Assembly: GCA_964589975.1 (NCBI GenBank)
Contig: CAZPVH010000001.1
Span: 100,853 to 164,852, forward strand
From: an uncultured Candidatus Saccharibacteria bacterium
Lineage (GTDB): Bacteria; Patescibacteriota; Minisyncoccia; Phycocordibacterales; CSBR16-119
Direction of reading: 5' to 3'
DNA: 64,000 nucleotides
In this document: in pieces, positions 1 through 7,785 of the stretch
How the letters are laid out: each line of letters begins with the position of its first letter
Numbering within the stretch: position 1 is the first letter of the stretch
Translations under genes and position numbers: made by a program
Notes under the pieces: model-generated
Told to the model about the DNA's origin: nothing
The model's database searches: none
What the model saw: only the letters and a program-made list of their open reading frames with translations

Positions 1-639
1 GCTCGTATCCACCTTAATACTTCTGACGCTACAAAATGGAGAAATTGGAATGGCGGCAATCTAAATGCGGCAACCCCATTCTTTGTAGGCGGCACTAATC
101 CTCTACCTCACGGTTCTGGCGGTAATGTATATATGGGTAGCGAATGGTTCCCACTTACAAATGCTGACGGTTCGTTTATAGTTGACACCAACAACCTTGA
201 TTTTGCTGCAAACAGTAATGTCCCTGGTGTTGCTGTTCAGAGAATAAACGGAGCTATCCGCGTTGTACTCTACGGAAATCACACTGACCTGAGCGGTGGC
301 AAAGAGCTTGCTGCTGGATCAATCGAGCTCTCGACAAATGCCTCTGCTAGACTTCTCGGAGCTTGGGACAAGCCGAATGGATTCATTGATCCTATCTCAA
401 ATGATCCTTACACCGGTACTCGTTTGCACGATGCGACCGTGAATGACGCGGTGAACCCTATGGATTCACGAGGTACATTCAAGGCTTATATCAATCAGTA
501 CGATCCTCGATTTGATAACGTGCGAGTTATCAGCGATCTCTTCCAGTTCCACCTAGTGGCAACATCTGGATCTGATGGATTCTACGCAAGATATAACTAC
601 GATGATATGATCGAAGTTCCGTGCGTGCAGGTAGACTAG
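1..639 (+). CDS. 5'-truncated secreted protein; the frame is open from base 1 and has no start codon in the window. It carries the ~190-aa domain that recurs in CDS 4008..5867.
   Basis: The reading frame is open from position 1. The translation ARIHLNTSDATKWRNWNGG...WFPLTNADGS...VRVVLYGNH...PMDSRGTF.AYINQYD..FD...FHLV.TSGSDGFYA aligns motif by motif with aa ~220-410 of the 4008..5867 product. Confidence 0.6.
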   Translation, partial: ARIHLNTSDATKWRNWNGGNLNAATPFFVGGTNPLPHGSGGNVYMGSEWFPLTNADGSFIVDTNNLDFAANSNVPGVAVQRINGAIRVVLYGNHTDLSGGKELAAGSIELSTNASARLLGAWDKPNGFIDPISNDPYTGTRLHDATVNDAVNPMDSRGTFKAYINQYDPRFDNVRVISDLFQFHLVATSGSDGFYARYNYDDMIEVPCVQVD

Positions 640-659
640 ATAAAAGAAATAGTAAAGCA

Positions 660-686
660 AAAACCGCCCACCCGGCGGTTTTTGCT
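660..686 (+). terminator. Rho-independent terminator
   Basis: Hairpin accgcc-caccc-ggcggt followed by TTTTTGC, directly after the stop codon at 639. Confidence 0.6.
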
Positions 687-758
687 TATCCCCAAACCTA
701 ATATCTTAATCCTTTTCAAAGTTTTATAATTGTCTTGTTATAAAAAGCTATTTCTTAT

Positions 759-1754
759 ATGAAATTATCTGACAGAAGAATTATTGGCGGAGCTATCGCG
801 TTTCTATTTGTCGTCTCGATTGTGCAATCAGGAGCAATTTTGAGGATGTTCGGTGCTGCGAATGGAGGAGATTTGTCGGCAGGGGTGCTTAATATCTCAC
901 CTTTAGGCGGACGTCCTCCAGTAAGTGCCACATATACGCCGGAAGATAATGATGCAGGTGCGAATGGCATTACTTTTACCTCGCGGCAGATCGTGCGCAT
1001 CAGAGCATGCGCAGCTGGCGGCGGAGGTGGAGGCGGAGGTCGCGGCTATGAGTCTGGATCCAATATCGGCAATGGAGGAGCTGGCGGTGGCGGAGGTGGG
1101 CGTGGACAATGTGCCGATCAAGCATTCAAGATGAGACCGGGTGACACGCTCCGGTGGAACATCGGTGTAGGAGGAAATGGTGGTCAGCGCGGAGAACTCT
1201 ACGAACTCATCACGAATGGCAATATCTATCCGCAGATCAGTGCGTCCGCAACGGCTGGAGGCAATGGCGGATGGACGTATGTGAGCATCAATGGCGTTGA
1301 CGTTATACAAGTAGCCGGCGGCCTGGGTGGCCAGCCTGGGGCCAATGCCTACACGACAGGCGCGGCTGGCGGTCTGGGCGGGTCCGTGACATCGGCTGAC
1401 GCTGATTGGCATGCCGGTGAGAATGGCCATATTTCGACAGAGTTGCCCTTGTTTTCATGTGAATATGCAAAAAATAATTTGGCTGGTTACGGTGGCGCGG
1501 GTGGACACGGTGAACCAGAATACCAACCAGGTGAGAGCGGGAATGGAGGAGTGGGTGGCCATTGCTACAAGACCAATACTTATGGATACAACACTGCTTT
1601 TGGCGGCGACGGGATGGCTGCGACGCTTGGAAATGGCGGCGGTGGCGGCGGAGGTGGACTCGGTGTTTGGATGGGCGGAGAGGATGAAATCATCCAATAC
1701 GGCGGCTCTGGTGGAAGGGGAGGTGACGGTTATATAACTGTGAGCGTCGAATAA
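759..1754 (+). CDS. Glycine-rich domain protein with N-terminal membrane anchor (paralog 1 of 3)
   Basis: N-terminal hydrophobic segment IIGGAIAFLFVVSIV. Core motif RIRACAAGGGGGGGG...GGAGGGGGG.G.C....GDTLRW.IG.GG.GG...GGWTYVSINGVDV...GG.GGQ.G, and it ends in GG.GG.GGDGYITVSV. Architecture matches 1874..2839 and 2904..3887. Confidence 0.7.
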   Translation: MKLSDRRIIGGAIAFLFVVSIVQSGAILRMFGAANGGDLSAGVLNISPLGGRPPVSATYTPEDNDAGANGITFTSRQIVRIRACAAGGGGGGGGRGYESGSNIGNGGAGGGGGGRGQCADQAFKMRPGDTLRWNIGVGGNGGQRGELYELITNGNIYPQISASATAGGNGGWTYVSINGVDVIQVAGGLGGQPGANAYTTGAAGGLGGSVTSADADWHAGENGHISTELPLFSCEYAKNNLAGYGGAGGHGEPEYQPGESGNGGVGGHCYKTNTYGYNTAFGGDGMAATLGNGGGGGGGGLGVWMGGEDEIIQYGGSGGRGGDGYITVSVE

Positions 1755-1873
1755 GAAAAATGAAATACTTAATCCATACACTTCTTGCATGTAGTGGGGA
1801 GGAAAGTGATAATCAACAGAAATTTACTTTATTTATGGGTGGAAGAATTAAATTGGGTTAAAATGAGTTTAAT

Positions 1874-2839
1874 ATGAAAAAACTAAATGAAAAAAAGCTT
1901 CTCGTCGGGGCAGTTGCTTTTGTTGCTGTGCTTGGATTTATAAATGTCGTGGCAGTGTTCGCGACAAGAGACGGCATGCTGGCTCAGGTATTCAAGTTCG
2001 GCAACGTTATGACGGTTGATTCTCAGACAGCAACGTACGGTCCTGCGCAAAACGCTTTGGGACAAAACGGTATTTACTTTGATCGAGATAGAAAAGTTTC
2101 TGTTGTTGCGTGTGCGGCCGGCGGCGGCGGAGGCGGCGGTGATCATGGGTATGAAACTGGCAGTGATGATGGCGCCGGTGGCGCTGGCGGCGGCGGAGGC
2201 GGAAAAGGAATGTGCGCGTCGCGAACGCTGAAATTGCGCGCAGGCGACACCCTAAGATGGCTTGTTGGCTCGGGGGGTATGGGCGGTATCAGGGGACGCA
2301 TGATAGAAGTAATGGAGTTCGGTCCGCCGGCAGATCAACATCAGATTGCAACGAATGGAGCTCCGGGCGGCTGGACGTATGTCAGCATAAACGGTATTGA
2401 CGTAATGCAGCTTCAGGGAGGAAATGGCGGCCAGGCTGGCACGCATGCAAGCGATGTATATCTTCCCGGTTGGGGCGGGGCCGGGGGTTCATTGGATACG
2501 GTTCTTCAGCAGGCATGGGGCCACAGAGGTGAAAATGGCCAGAACAATGATCAGCAGTCAAACGGTATGGGCAGCGGAGGCTACGGCGGCAATGGCGAAG
2601 GCCAGAATGGACTCCTTACGAATAGGGGCAGCGGAGGATCATCGTGGACCTGGGGATCAAACCCTCATGGAACTACCGGCGGCAATGGCGTTACTGCCTC
2701 TGGCGGCGGAGGCGGCGGAGGCGGTGCGGGGCAATGGGAGGACTATGATTCCAACGGCGACAATTTTATAAATACATTCAGGAATTGGGGCGGCTACGGC
2801 GGTATCGGCGGAGACGGTTTTGTGACTATCACTTGGTGA
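1874..2839 (+). CDS. Glycine-rich domain protein with N-terminal membrane anchor (paralog 2 of 3)
   Basis: MKKLNEKK + TM segment + RDGMLAQVF. Same ACAAGGGGGGG / GDTLRW / GGWTYVSINGIDV / WGHRGENGQN motifs, and it ends in GGDGFVTITW. Confidence 0.7.
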   Translation: MKKLNEKKLLVGAVAFVAVLGFINVVAVFATRDGMLAQVFKFGNVMTVDSQTATYGPAQNALGQNGIYFDRDRKVSVVACAAGGGGGGGDHGYETGSDDGAGGAGGGGGGKGMCASRTLKLRAGDTLRWLVGSGGMGGIRGRMIEVMEFGPPADQHQIATNGAPGGWTYVSINGIDVMQLQGGNGGQAGTHASDVYLPGWGGAGGSLDTVLQQAWGHRGENGQNNDQQSNGMGSGGYGGNGEGQNGLLTNRGSGGSSWTWGSNPHGTTGGNGVTASGGGGGGGGAGQWEDYDSNGDNFINTFRNWGGYGGIGGDGFVTITW

Positions 2840-2903
2840 GTTTTCCATATTGCTCACGTTATTAATTAAAAAGAATTAATCGGGAACATTAAATTATATC
2901 AAC

Positions 2904-3887
2904 ATGAAAAAACTCAATAAAAAAACTCTCAAGAAGACGGTTATAGCTTTTGCTGCTGTTGTTGGGGTAGTAACTGTATTTGGAACAGTCATTTCGAGGG
3001 ATGGAATGCTGGCCCAAGTCTTTACTTCACAAACATTTCAATCGGATTTGACTTTGCAGATATCGGGCGGGGTTGAAACAAATAGCACAGGCCAAAAAGG
3101 CATAACGCTAAATAGTCAGAGGTTTGTGAGAATTATCGCTTGTTCAGCTGCTGGTGGCGGGGGCGGGGGTGATCGAGGACTTGAAGATGGGTCGAATTGG
3201 GGCTCTGGCGGCGGAGGCGGCGGAGGCGGCGGTAAAGGCAATTGTCGAACAAGAGATATGAAAGTAAGATCCGGAGATGTGCTCCGCTGGTCTGTTGGTA
3301 TGGGCGGCGCTGGTGGCACATATGGAGAGTTGAATCATTTGTTCAATCCTGATGCTCCTGGCGGTGATTACGGTATCGATTTCCCGGAAATTGATACACA
3401 TGCTACGAATGGATCCAGTGGAGGTCCAACGACAGTTGCGATCAACGGTCAGACAGTTCTATCGGTAGAAGGTGGTCATGGTGGTCAGGCGGGCACGAGC
3501 GCAAGCGGAACGTTTTCTCCTGGTTGGGGCGGTGCCGGCGGATCCCTCGATACATCTTTTCAGCAAGCATGGGGGCATAGAGGGGAAAATGGTCAGAATA
3601 CAGACGCACAGACAAATCATATGGGCAGCGGAGGCTATGGCGGAAATGGCGAAGGTCCAAATGGAATTTTGAATAACCGTGGCTACGGAGGGTCTTCATG
3701 GGGACCCGATCCATTCGGTGGCCCTGGTCTGGCCGGGGGTACCATGTCTGGCGGAGGCGGTGGCGGAGGAGGCGCTGGCAGGTGGTATGATCATCAATGG
3801 CAGACGCAGTACGAAGATACAGCGATACAGAATCGCGGCGGAATGGGCGGACCCGGTGGAAACGGTTTTATTCAGATCTATTGGTAG
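2904..3887 (+). CDS. Glycine-rich domain protein with N-terminal membrane anchor (paralog 3 of 3)
   Basis: MKKLNKK + TM segment + RDGMLAQVF. Motifs IIACSAAGGGGGG, GDVLRW, PGWGGAGGSLDT.FQQAWGHRGENGQN. The C-terminus GGNGFIQIYW is colinear with paralog 2. Confidence 0.7.
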   Translation: MKKLNKKTLKKTVIAFAAVVGVVTVFGTVISRDGMLAQVFTSQTFQSDLTLQISGGVETNSTGQKGITLNSQRFVRIIACSAAGGGGGGDRGLEDGSNWGSGGGGGGGGGKGNCRTRDMKVRSGDVLRWSVGMGGAGGTYGELNHLFNPDAPGGDYGIDFPEIDTHATNGSSGGPTTVAINGQTVLSVEGGHGGQAGTSASGTFSPGWGGAGGSLDTSFQQAWGHRGENGQNTDAQTNHMGSGGYGGNGEGPNGILNNRGYGGSSWGPDPFGGPGLAGGTMSGGGGGGGGAGRWYDHQWQTQYEDTAIQNRGGMGGPGGNGFIQIYW

Positions 3888-4007
3888 TACTCGTGTTGCA
3901 ATATTGGCTTTAAGCAATATAATATCAATATTGGAAAGGTTCCGATTTTTCGGAGTCGGAATTAGTCTAGTGCGGCTAATTTCAGATTATAAGAATTATC
4001 TATTTGC

Positions 4008-5867
4008 ATGAAAAATTTTTTGGTGAAGAGTCTGAACATTGTCACGATCTTTTCGATGGTGTTCGTTTGGAATACGGCGAATGCCGTAACGATTGATGAG
4101 CCGGTTGATACAGATATTCCTGCTTGTGAGGAGCAAACGCTTGTTAGTACTCCAGGAGAACATGGGGGCGTTGCCGTTAATCCCGAACACGGCGCTTGGA
4201 CGGCTTCTATCAGTGGGGCGGAATGGATATGGTCAGAGAATCCGATCGCCGATCCTGTTGGCGAAAGCACAGAATCTTTTACACGAGCTTTTGATATCGT
4301 AGGAACTCCGGTTGATGGAAAGCTTGAAATTGCCGCTGACAACGAATATGCGGTTTATTTGAACGGTAATCCGCTCTTTGTCGACATGAACGAAGATAAT
4401 TACAGCTCAGGCGGACAAGACGAATATGTAATTCCTGCCGCTGCCTTTGAAACTGGTGAAAATGAAATTGAGTTTGAAGTTACAAACTGGGCTCAAGAGG
4501 GCGGAACTATGGAGTCAAATCCTGCCGGACTCATGTACAAGCTCACGGTTAACTGCGCAGACGGCGGCGAAGAAGATAATTGCAATCCTGAAGAGGCAGA
4601 ATGCGAAGAAGTAGAAGATCCGACAGATCCCGAAGAAGAATCTTGTCCTATTGTCTACGCGCGCGTTCGCTTCGCAAAGGTTTCAAATGGAGCCGCAGTG
4701 AATGGCTGGAGAAATTGGGCTCCTGGCGGAGATCTTTCGAACCAGACTTTTGTTGGCGGTTCGCTGCTAGAGAATATGTATGCCGATGAAGCGTGGTTCC
4801 CGCTAACGAACCCAGACGGTTCTGTTATTGTTGACGCGGATTTAGCTCCTTACGCAGATGTTTCGGGTCTCGCTGTGGAACGCCAGAATGGTAAAGTAAG
4901 ACTTGTCCTTTATGGTAATCACAATACTGATAATAGTGAAATCGGCGGCAAGGAATTCGCCCAGGGAGTTATCGAGATCCAGGGGGCAACTTGGCAGCCT
5001 GGTATGCAGACCCCGCTTGATTGGAGTAACCTGAACACCAATCCGCGAACACATGATCCACTCATTAATGATCCAGCTTTTCCCATGGATTCACGTGGAT
5101 CATTCAATGGGTATATTAACCAATATGACTACAGGTTCGACCGTATGAGGACATGGACTCCGACTAAAGTTGAATTCCACCTGGTTGTAACGACAGGATC
5201 GGACGGATTCTATGCATCTTATGATATAAATGATGACTGCGATATTAATCAAGAGGATCCTGAAGAGCCCGTGTGTGAAATGGATTGCGAAGAAGACCCT
5301 GTTTGCGAAGAAGAGCCCTGCGACCAGGATCCTCAGTGTGAGGTAGACTGTAGTGAGCTTCCTCCTAATCCTTCTTGTGAAGAAACACAGACTTGTGAAA
5401 ATACAGAAGATAATGATCCCGAAGATCAAGACGAAGAGGAAGAAGAATCGGGTCGGAGTTTTGTTGGGGGACGCGGTTCATCTAATAACGGGGGTGGTAG
5501 CGTTTTAGGGGCCACTGACGGAGAGGTGCTTGGCGCGTGTACCCCTTTTACCGAATATCATAGAAAAGGAGATTCCGGAGGAGAGATTGCTCGCATCCAG
5601 GAATTCTTGAATGAAGAAATGGACGCAGGGCTTATCGTTGATGGTATATATGGCTCGACAACAGCAAAAGCCGTGGGCGATTTCCAGCAGAAATATTTTG
5701 AGCAGATAATTACGCCATGGGTGCCTCCATTTCTACCGCGAGTTACTCACCGATGGTACAAATCTACTCGCATGATGGCGAATGAACTTATCGGTTGTCC
5801 GGAGACAGAAGTTTATCTGGAGGACCCTGGAATCATGTATAAGGTTAAGTGGACCCCTACGGCATAA
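4008..5867 (+). CDS. Secreted acidic Cys/Glu-rich protein with a shared ~190-aa domain and a C-terminal peptidoglycan-binding (PG_binding_1-like) domain
   Basis: Signal-peptide-like N-terminus (MKNFLVKSLNIVTIFSMVFVWNTANA). Central domain is paralogous to CDS 1..639. Acidic CxxxEExC spacers (DCEEDPVCEEEPCDQDPQCEVDC). C-terminal GDSGGEIARIQEFLNEEMDAGLIVDGIYGSTTAKAVGDFQQKY fits the PG-binding helical repeat pattern. Confidence 0.65.
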   Translation: MKNFLVKSLNIVTIFSMVFVWNTANAVTIDEPVDTDIPACEEQTLVSTPGEHGGVAVNPEHGAWTASISGAEWIWSENPIADPVGESTESFTRAFDIVGTPVDGKLEIAADNEYAVYLNGNPLFVDMNEDNYSSGGQDEYVIPAAAFETGENEIEFEVTNWAQEGGTMESNPAGLMYKLTVNCADGGEEDNCNPEEAECEEVEDPTDPEEESCPIVYARVRFAKVSNGAAVNGWRNWAPGGDLSNQTFVGGSLLENMYADEAWFPLTNPDGSVIVDADLAPYADVSGLAVERQNGKVRLVLYGNHNTDNSEIGGKEFAQGVIEIQGATWQPGMQTPLDWSNLNTNPRTHDPLINDPAFPMDSRGSFNGYINQYDYRFDRMRTWTPTKVEFHLVVTTGSDGFYASYDINDDCDINQEDPEEPVCEMDCEEDPVCEEEPCDQDPQCEVDCSELPPNPSCEETQTCENTEDNDPEDQDEEEEESGRSFVGGRGSSNNGGGSVLGATDGEVLGACTPFTEYHRKGDSGGEIARIQEFLNEEMDAGLIVDGIYGSTTAKAVGDFQQKYFEQIITPWVPPFLPRVTHRWYKSTRMMANELIGCPETEVYLEDPGIMYKVKWTPTA

Positions 5868-5892
5868 ACTAATTAAAATTTTTTAAACCAAA

Positions 5893-5916
5893 TCCCGATT
5901 TATCGGGGTTTTGGTT
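5893..5916 (+). terminator. Rho-independent terminator
   Basis: cccgat-tt-atcgggg hairpin followed by TTTTGGTTTT, after the stop codon at 5867. Confidence 0.5.
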
Positions 5917-5944
5917 TTGAAAAGCCCATATTTTAAGGTATTAT
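5917..5944 (+). promoter_or_regulatory. Sigma-70-like promoter for leuS
   Basis: TTGAAA (5917-5922), 16-bp spacer, TATTAT (5939-5944). The ATG follows 7 nt later, so the mRNA is near-leaderless. Confidence 0.35.
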
Positions 5945-5951
5945 TTAACCT

Positions 5952-7784
5952 ATGGCTCCGATCTACGATCCTAATGATATTGAGAAAAAATGGCAATCTG
6001 TATGGGAAAAAGAGGGTATTTATCGTACCCATGATGATTTTTCAAAACCAAAGAAATATGTCCTAGACATGTACCCATACCCGTCTGGAGAGGGTCTTCA
6101 TGTTGGTCATCCAAAAGGATACATTGCAACCGATGTCTATTCTCGGTTTTCGCGCATGAATGGTTTCAGTGTCTTGCACCCGATGGGTTGGGACGCTTTC
6201 GGATTGCCGGCAGAGCAATTTGCGCTCAAAAATAAAATACATCCCAAAATTGCCGTTGCAAAAAACATTTCTCGCTATAAAGAGCAGCTTCAGGTTATTG
6301 GACTTGACTATGATTGGTCGAGAGAGATCAACACCACAGATCCGGAATACTACAAATGGACGCAATGGTGTTTTGTAAAAATGTTTGAACGCGGACTTGT
6401 TTACCAATCCCATGCCCCAATCAACTGGTGTCCTTCTTGCAAGACAGGACTTGCGAACGAAGATTTGGAAGATGGCAAATGTGAGCGTTGTGGTTCAGAA
6501 ATAGAACAGAAGCCTCTTCCGCAATGGGTGATTAAAATAACAGATTACAGAGACCGACTTGTTGAAGACCTGTCGCTTTTGCCGAAATGGCCGGAGTATG
6601 TAAAAACTAGTCAGAAAAACTGGCTGGAAAACCTTCATGACTGGGTTTTTGCTCGTCAGCGCTATTGGGGAGAGCCGATCCCACTCATTCATTGTGAAAA
6701 ATGTGGTACTGTCACAGTCCCAGAAAAAGATTTGCCGGTAAGACTACCTGAAGTAGAGAGTTATGAGCCAACTGGAACAGGTGAGTCGCCGCTTGCTGGG
6801 ATAACAGACTGGGTTAATACGACTTGTCCAAAGTGTGGCGAGGCCGCAAAGAGGGAAACCAACACTATGCCGCAGTGGGCCGGATCTTCCTGGTACTACT
6901 TGCGCTACATGGATCCGAATAATGCGGGGGTATTAGTCGACAAAGACAAAGAAAAATATTGGAATAGCGTTGATGTCTACGTCGGCGGCATGGAACACGC
7001 TACCCGCCACCTTATCTACGCCCGTTTTTGGCACAAATTCCTTTATGACATCGGTACTGTTACAACTAAAGAGCCATTCGAAGAATTGCATACTGTTGGG
7101 CTTATTCAGGCGGCGGACGGGCGCAAGATGTCAAAACGATGGGGAAATGTTGTGAATCCTGACGAGATGGTCGGGCGTTTTGGCGCTGACGCTTTCAGAC
7201 TTTATGAGATGTTTATGGGCCCTTTTGAACAGGCTGTGGCCTGGAATACGGATGGGGTTGTTGGTACAAGGAGATTTTTAGAGAAGGTTTGGCGCGGCGA
7301 GGGGTATTTCGGCGATACTAGCGAAGAGCTAGAGAGTCTTTTGCACAAGACTATAAAAAAAATAGGAGAAGATATTCAGAGTTTTAAGTTCAACACTTGT
7401 GTCTCGACCATGATGGTACTTGCAAACAAGCTCGATGATGAAAAATCAGTTTCGAAAGAAGACTATAAAAAATTTTTGCAGATATTAGCGCCATTTGCTC
7501 CGCACATGACTGAGGAATTGTGGCGCAACCTTGGGGACACAGCCTCGATCCATCTTTCTTCTTGGCCCAAATATGATGAGTCAAAAATCAAGGAAGAAAA
7601 GATTAAAATTGTTATCCAGATTAATGGTAAAGTTCGTGACGAGATTGAGGTTCATGCTGGTGCGAGAGAGGAAGAAGTGAAAACTCTCGTTTTAGCTCGC
7701 GAAAAAGTCGTCGAAAAGCTTGCTGGAGAGGAGGTAAAGAAGATAATTTATGTTGAGGGTCGGTTAATAAATATCGTTATTTAG
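5952..7784 (+). CDS. leuS: Leucyl-tRNA synthetase lacking the CP1 editing domain and the leucyl-specific insertion
   Basis: Class I HIGH-region motif (LHVGH), LeuRS signature PMGWDAFGLPAE, and KMSKR. KNWL is joined directly to DWVFARQRYWGEPIP. In E. coli LeuRS about 190 aa of CP1 sit between those two points. Total length is 610 aa versus ~860. Confidence 0.85.
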   Translation: MAPIYDPNDIEKKWQSVWEKEGIYRTHDDFSKPKKYVLDMYPYPSGEGLHVGHPKGYIATDVYSRFSRMNGFSVLHPMGWDAFGLPAEQFALKNKIHPKIAVAKNISRYKEQLQVIGLDYDWSREINTTDPEYYKWTQWCFVKMFERGLVYQSHAPINWCPSCKTGLANEDLEDGKCERCGSEIEQKPLPQWVIKITDYRDRLVEDLSLLPKWPEYVKTSQKNWLENLHDWVFARQRYWGEPIPLIHCEKCGTVTVPEKDLPVRLPEVESYEPTGTGESPLAGITDWVNTTCPKCGEAAKRETNTMPQWAGSSWYYLRYMDPNNAGVLVDKDKEKYWNSVDVYVGGMEHATRHLIYARFWHKFLYDIGTVTTKEPFEELHTVGLIQAADGRKMSKRWGNVVNPDEMVGRFGADAFRLYEMFMGPFEQAVAWNTDGVVGTRRFLEKVWRGEGYFGDTSEELESLLHKTIKKIGEDIQSFKFNTCVSTMMVLANKLDDEKSVSKEDYKKFLQILAPFAPHMTEELWRNLGDTASIHLSSWPKYDESKIKEEKIKIVIQINGKVRDEIEVHAGAREEEVKTLVLAREKVVEKLAGEEVKKIIYVEGRLINIVI

Positions 7785-7785
7785 C

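Noticed and set aside
3116-3401. Poly-proline minus-strand ORFs antisense to the Gly-rich paralogs
   Set aside because: PPPPPPPP stretches are simply the reverse complement of GGN glycine codon runs.
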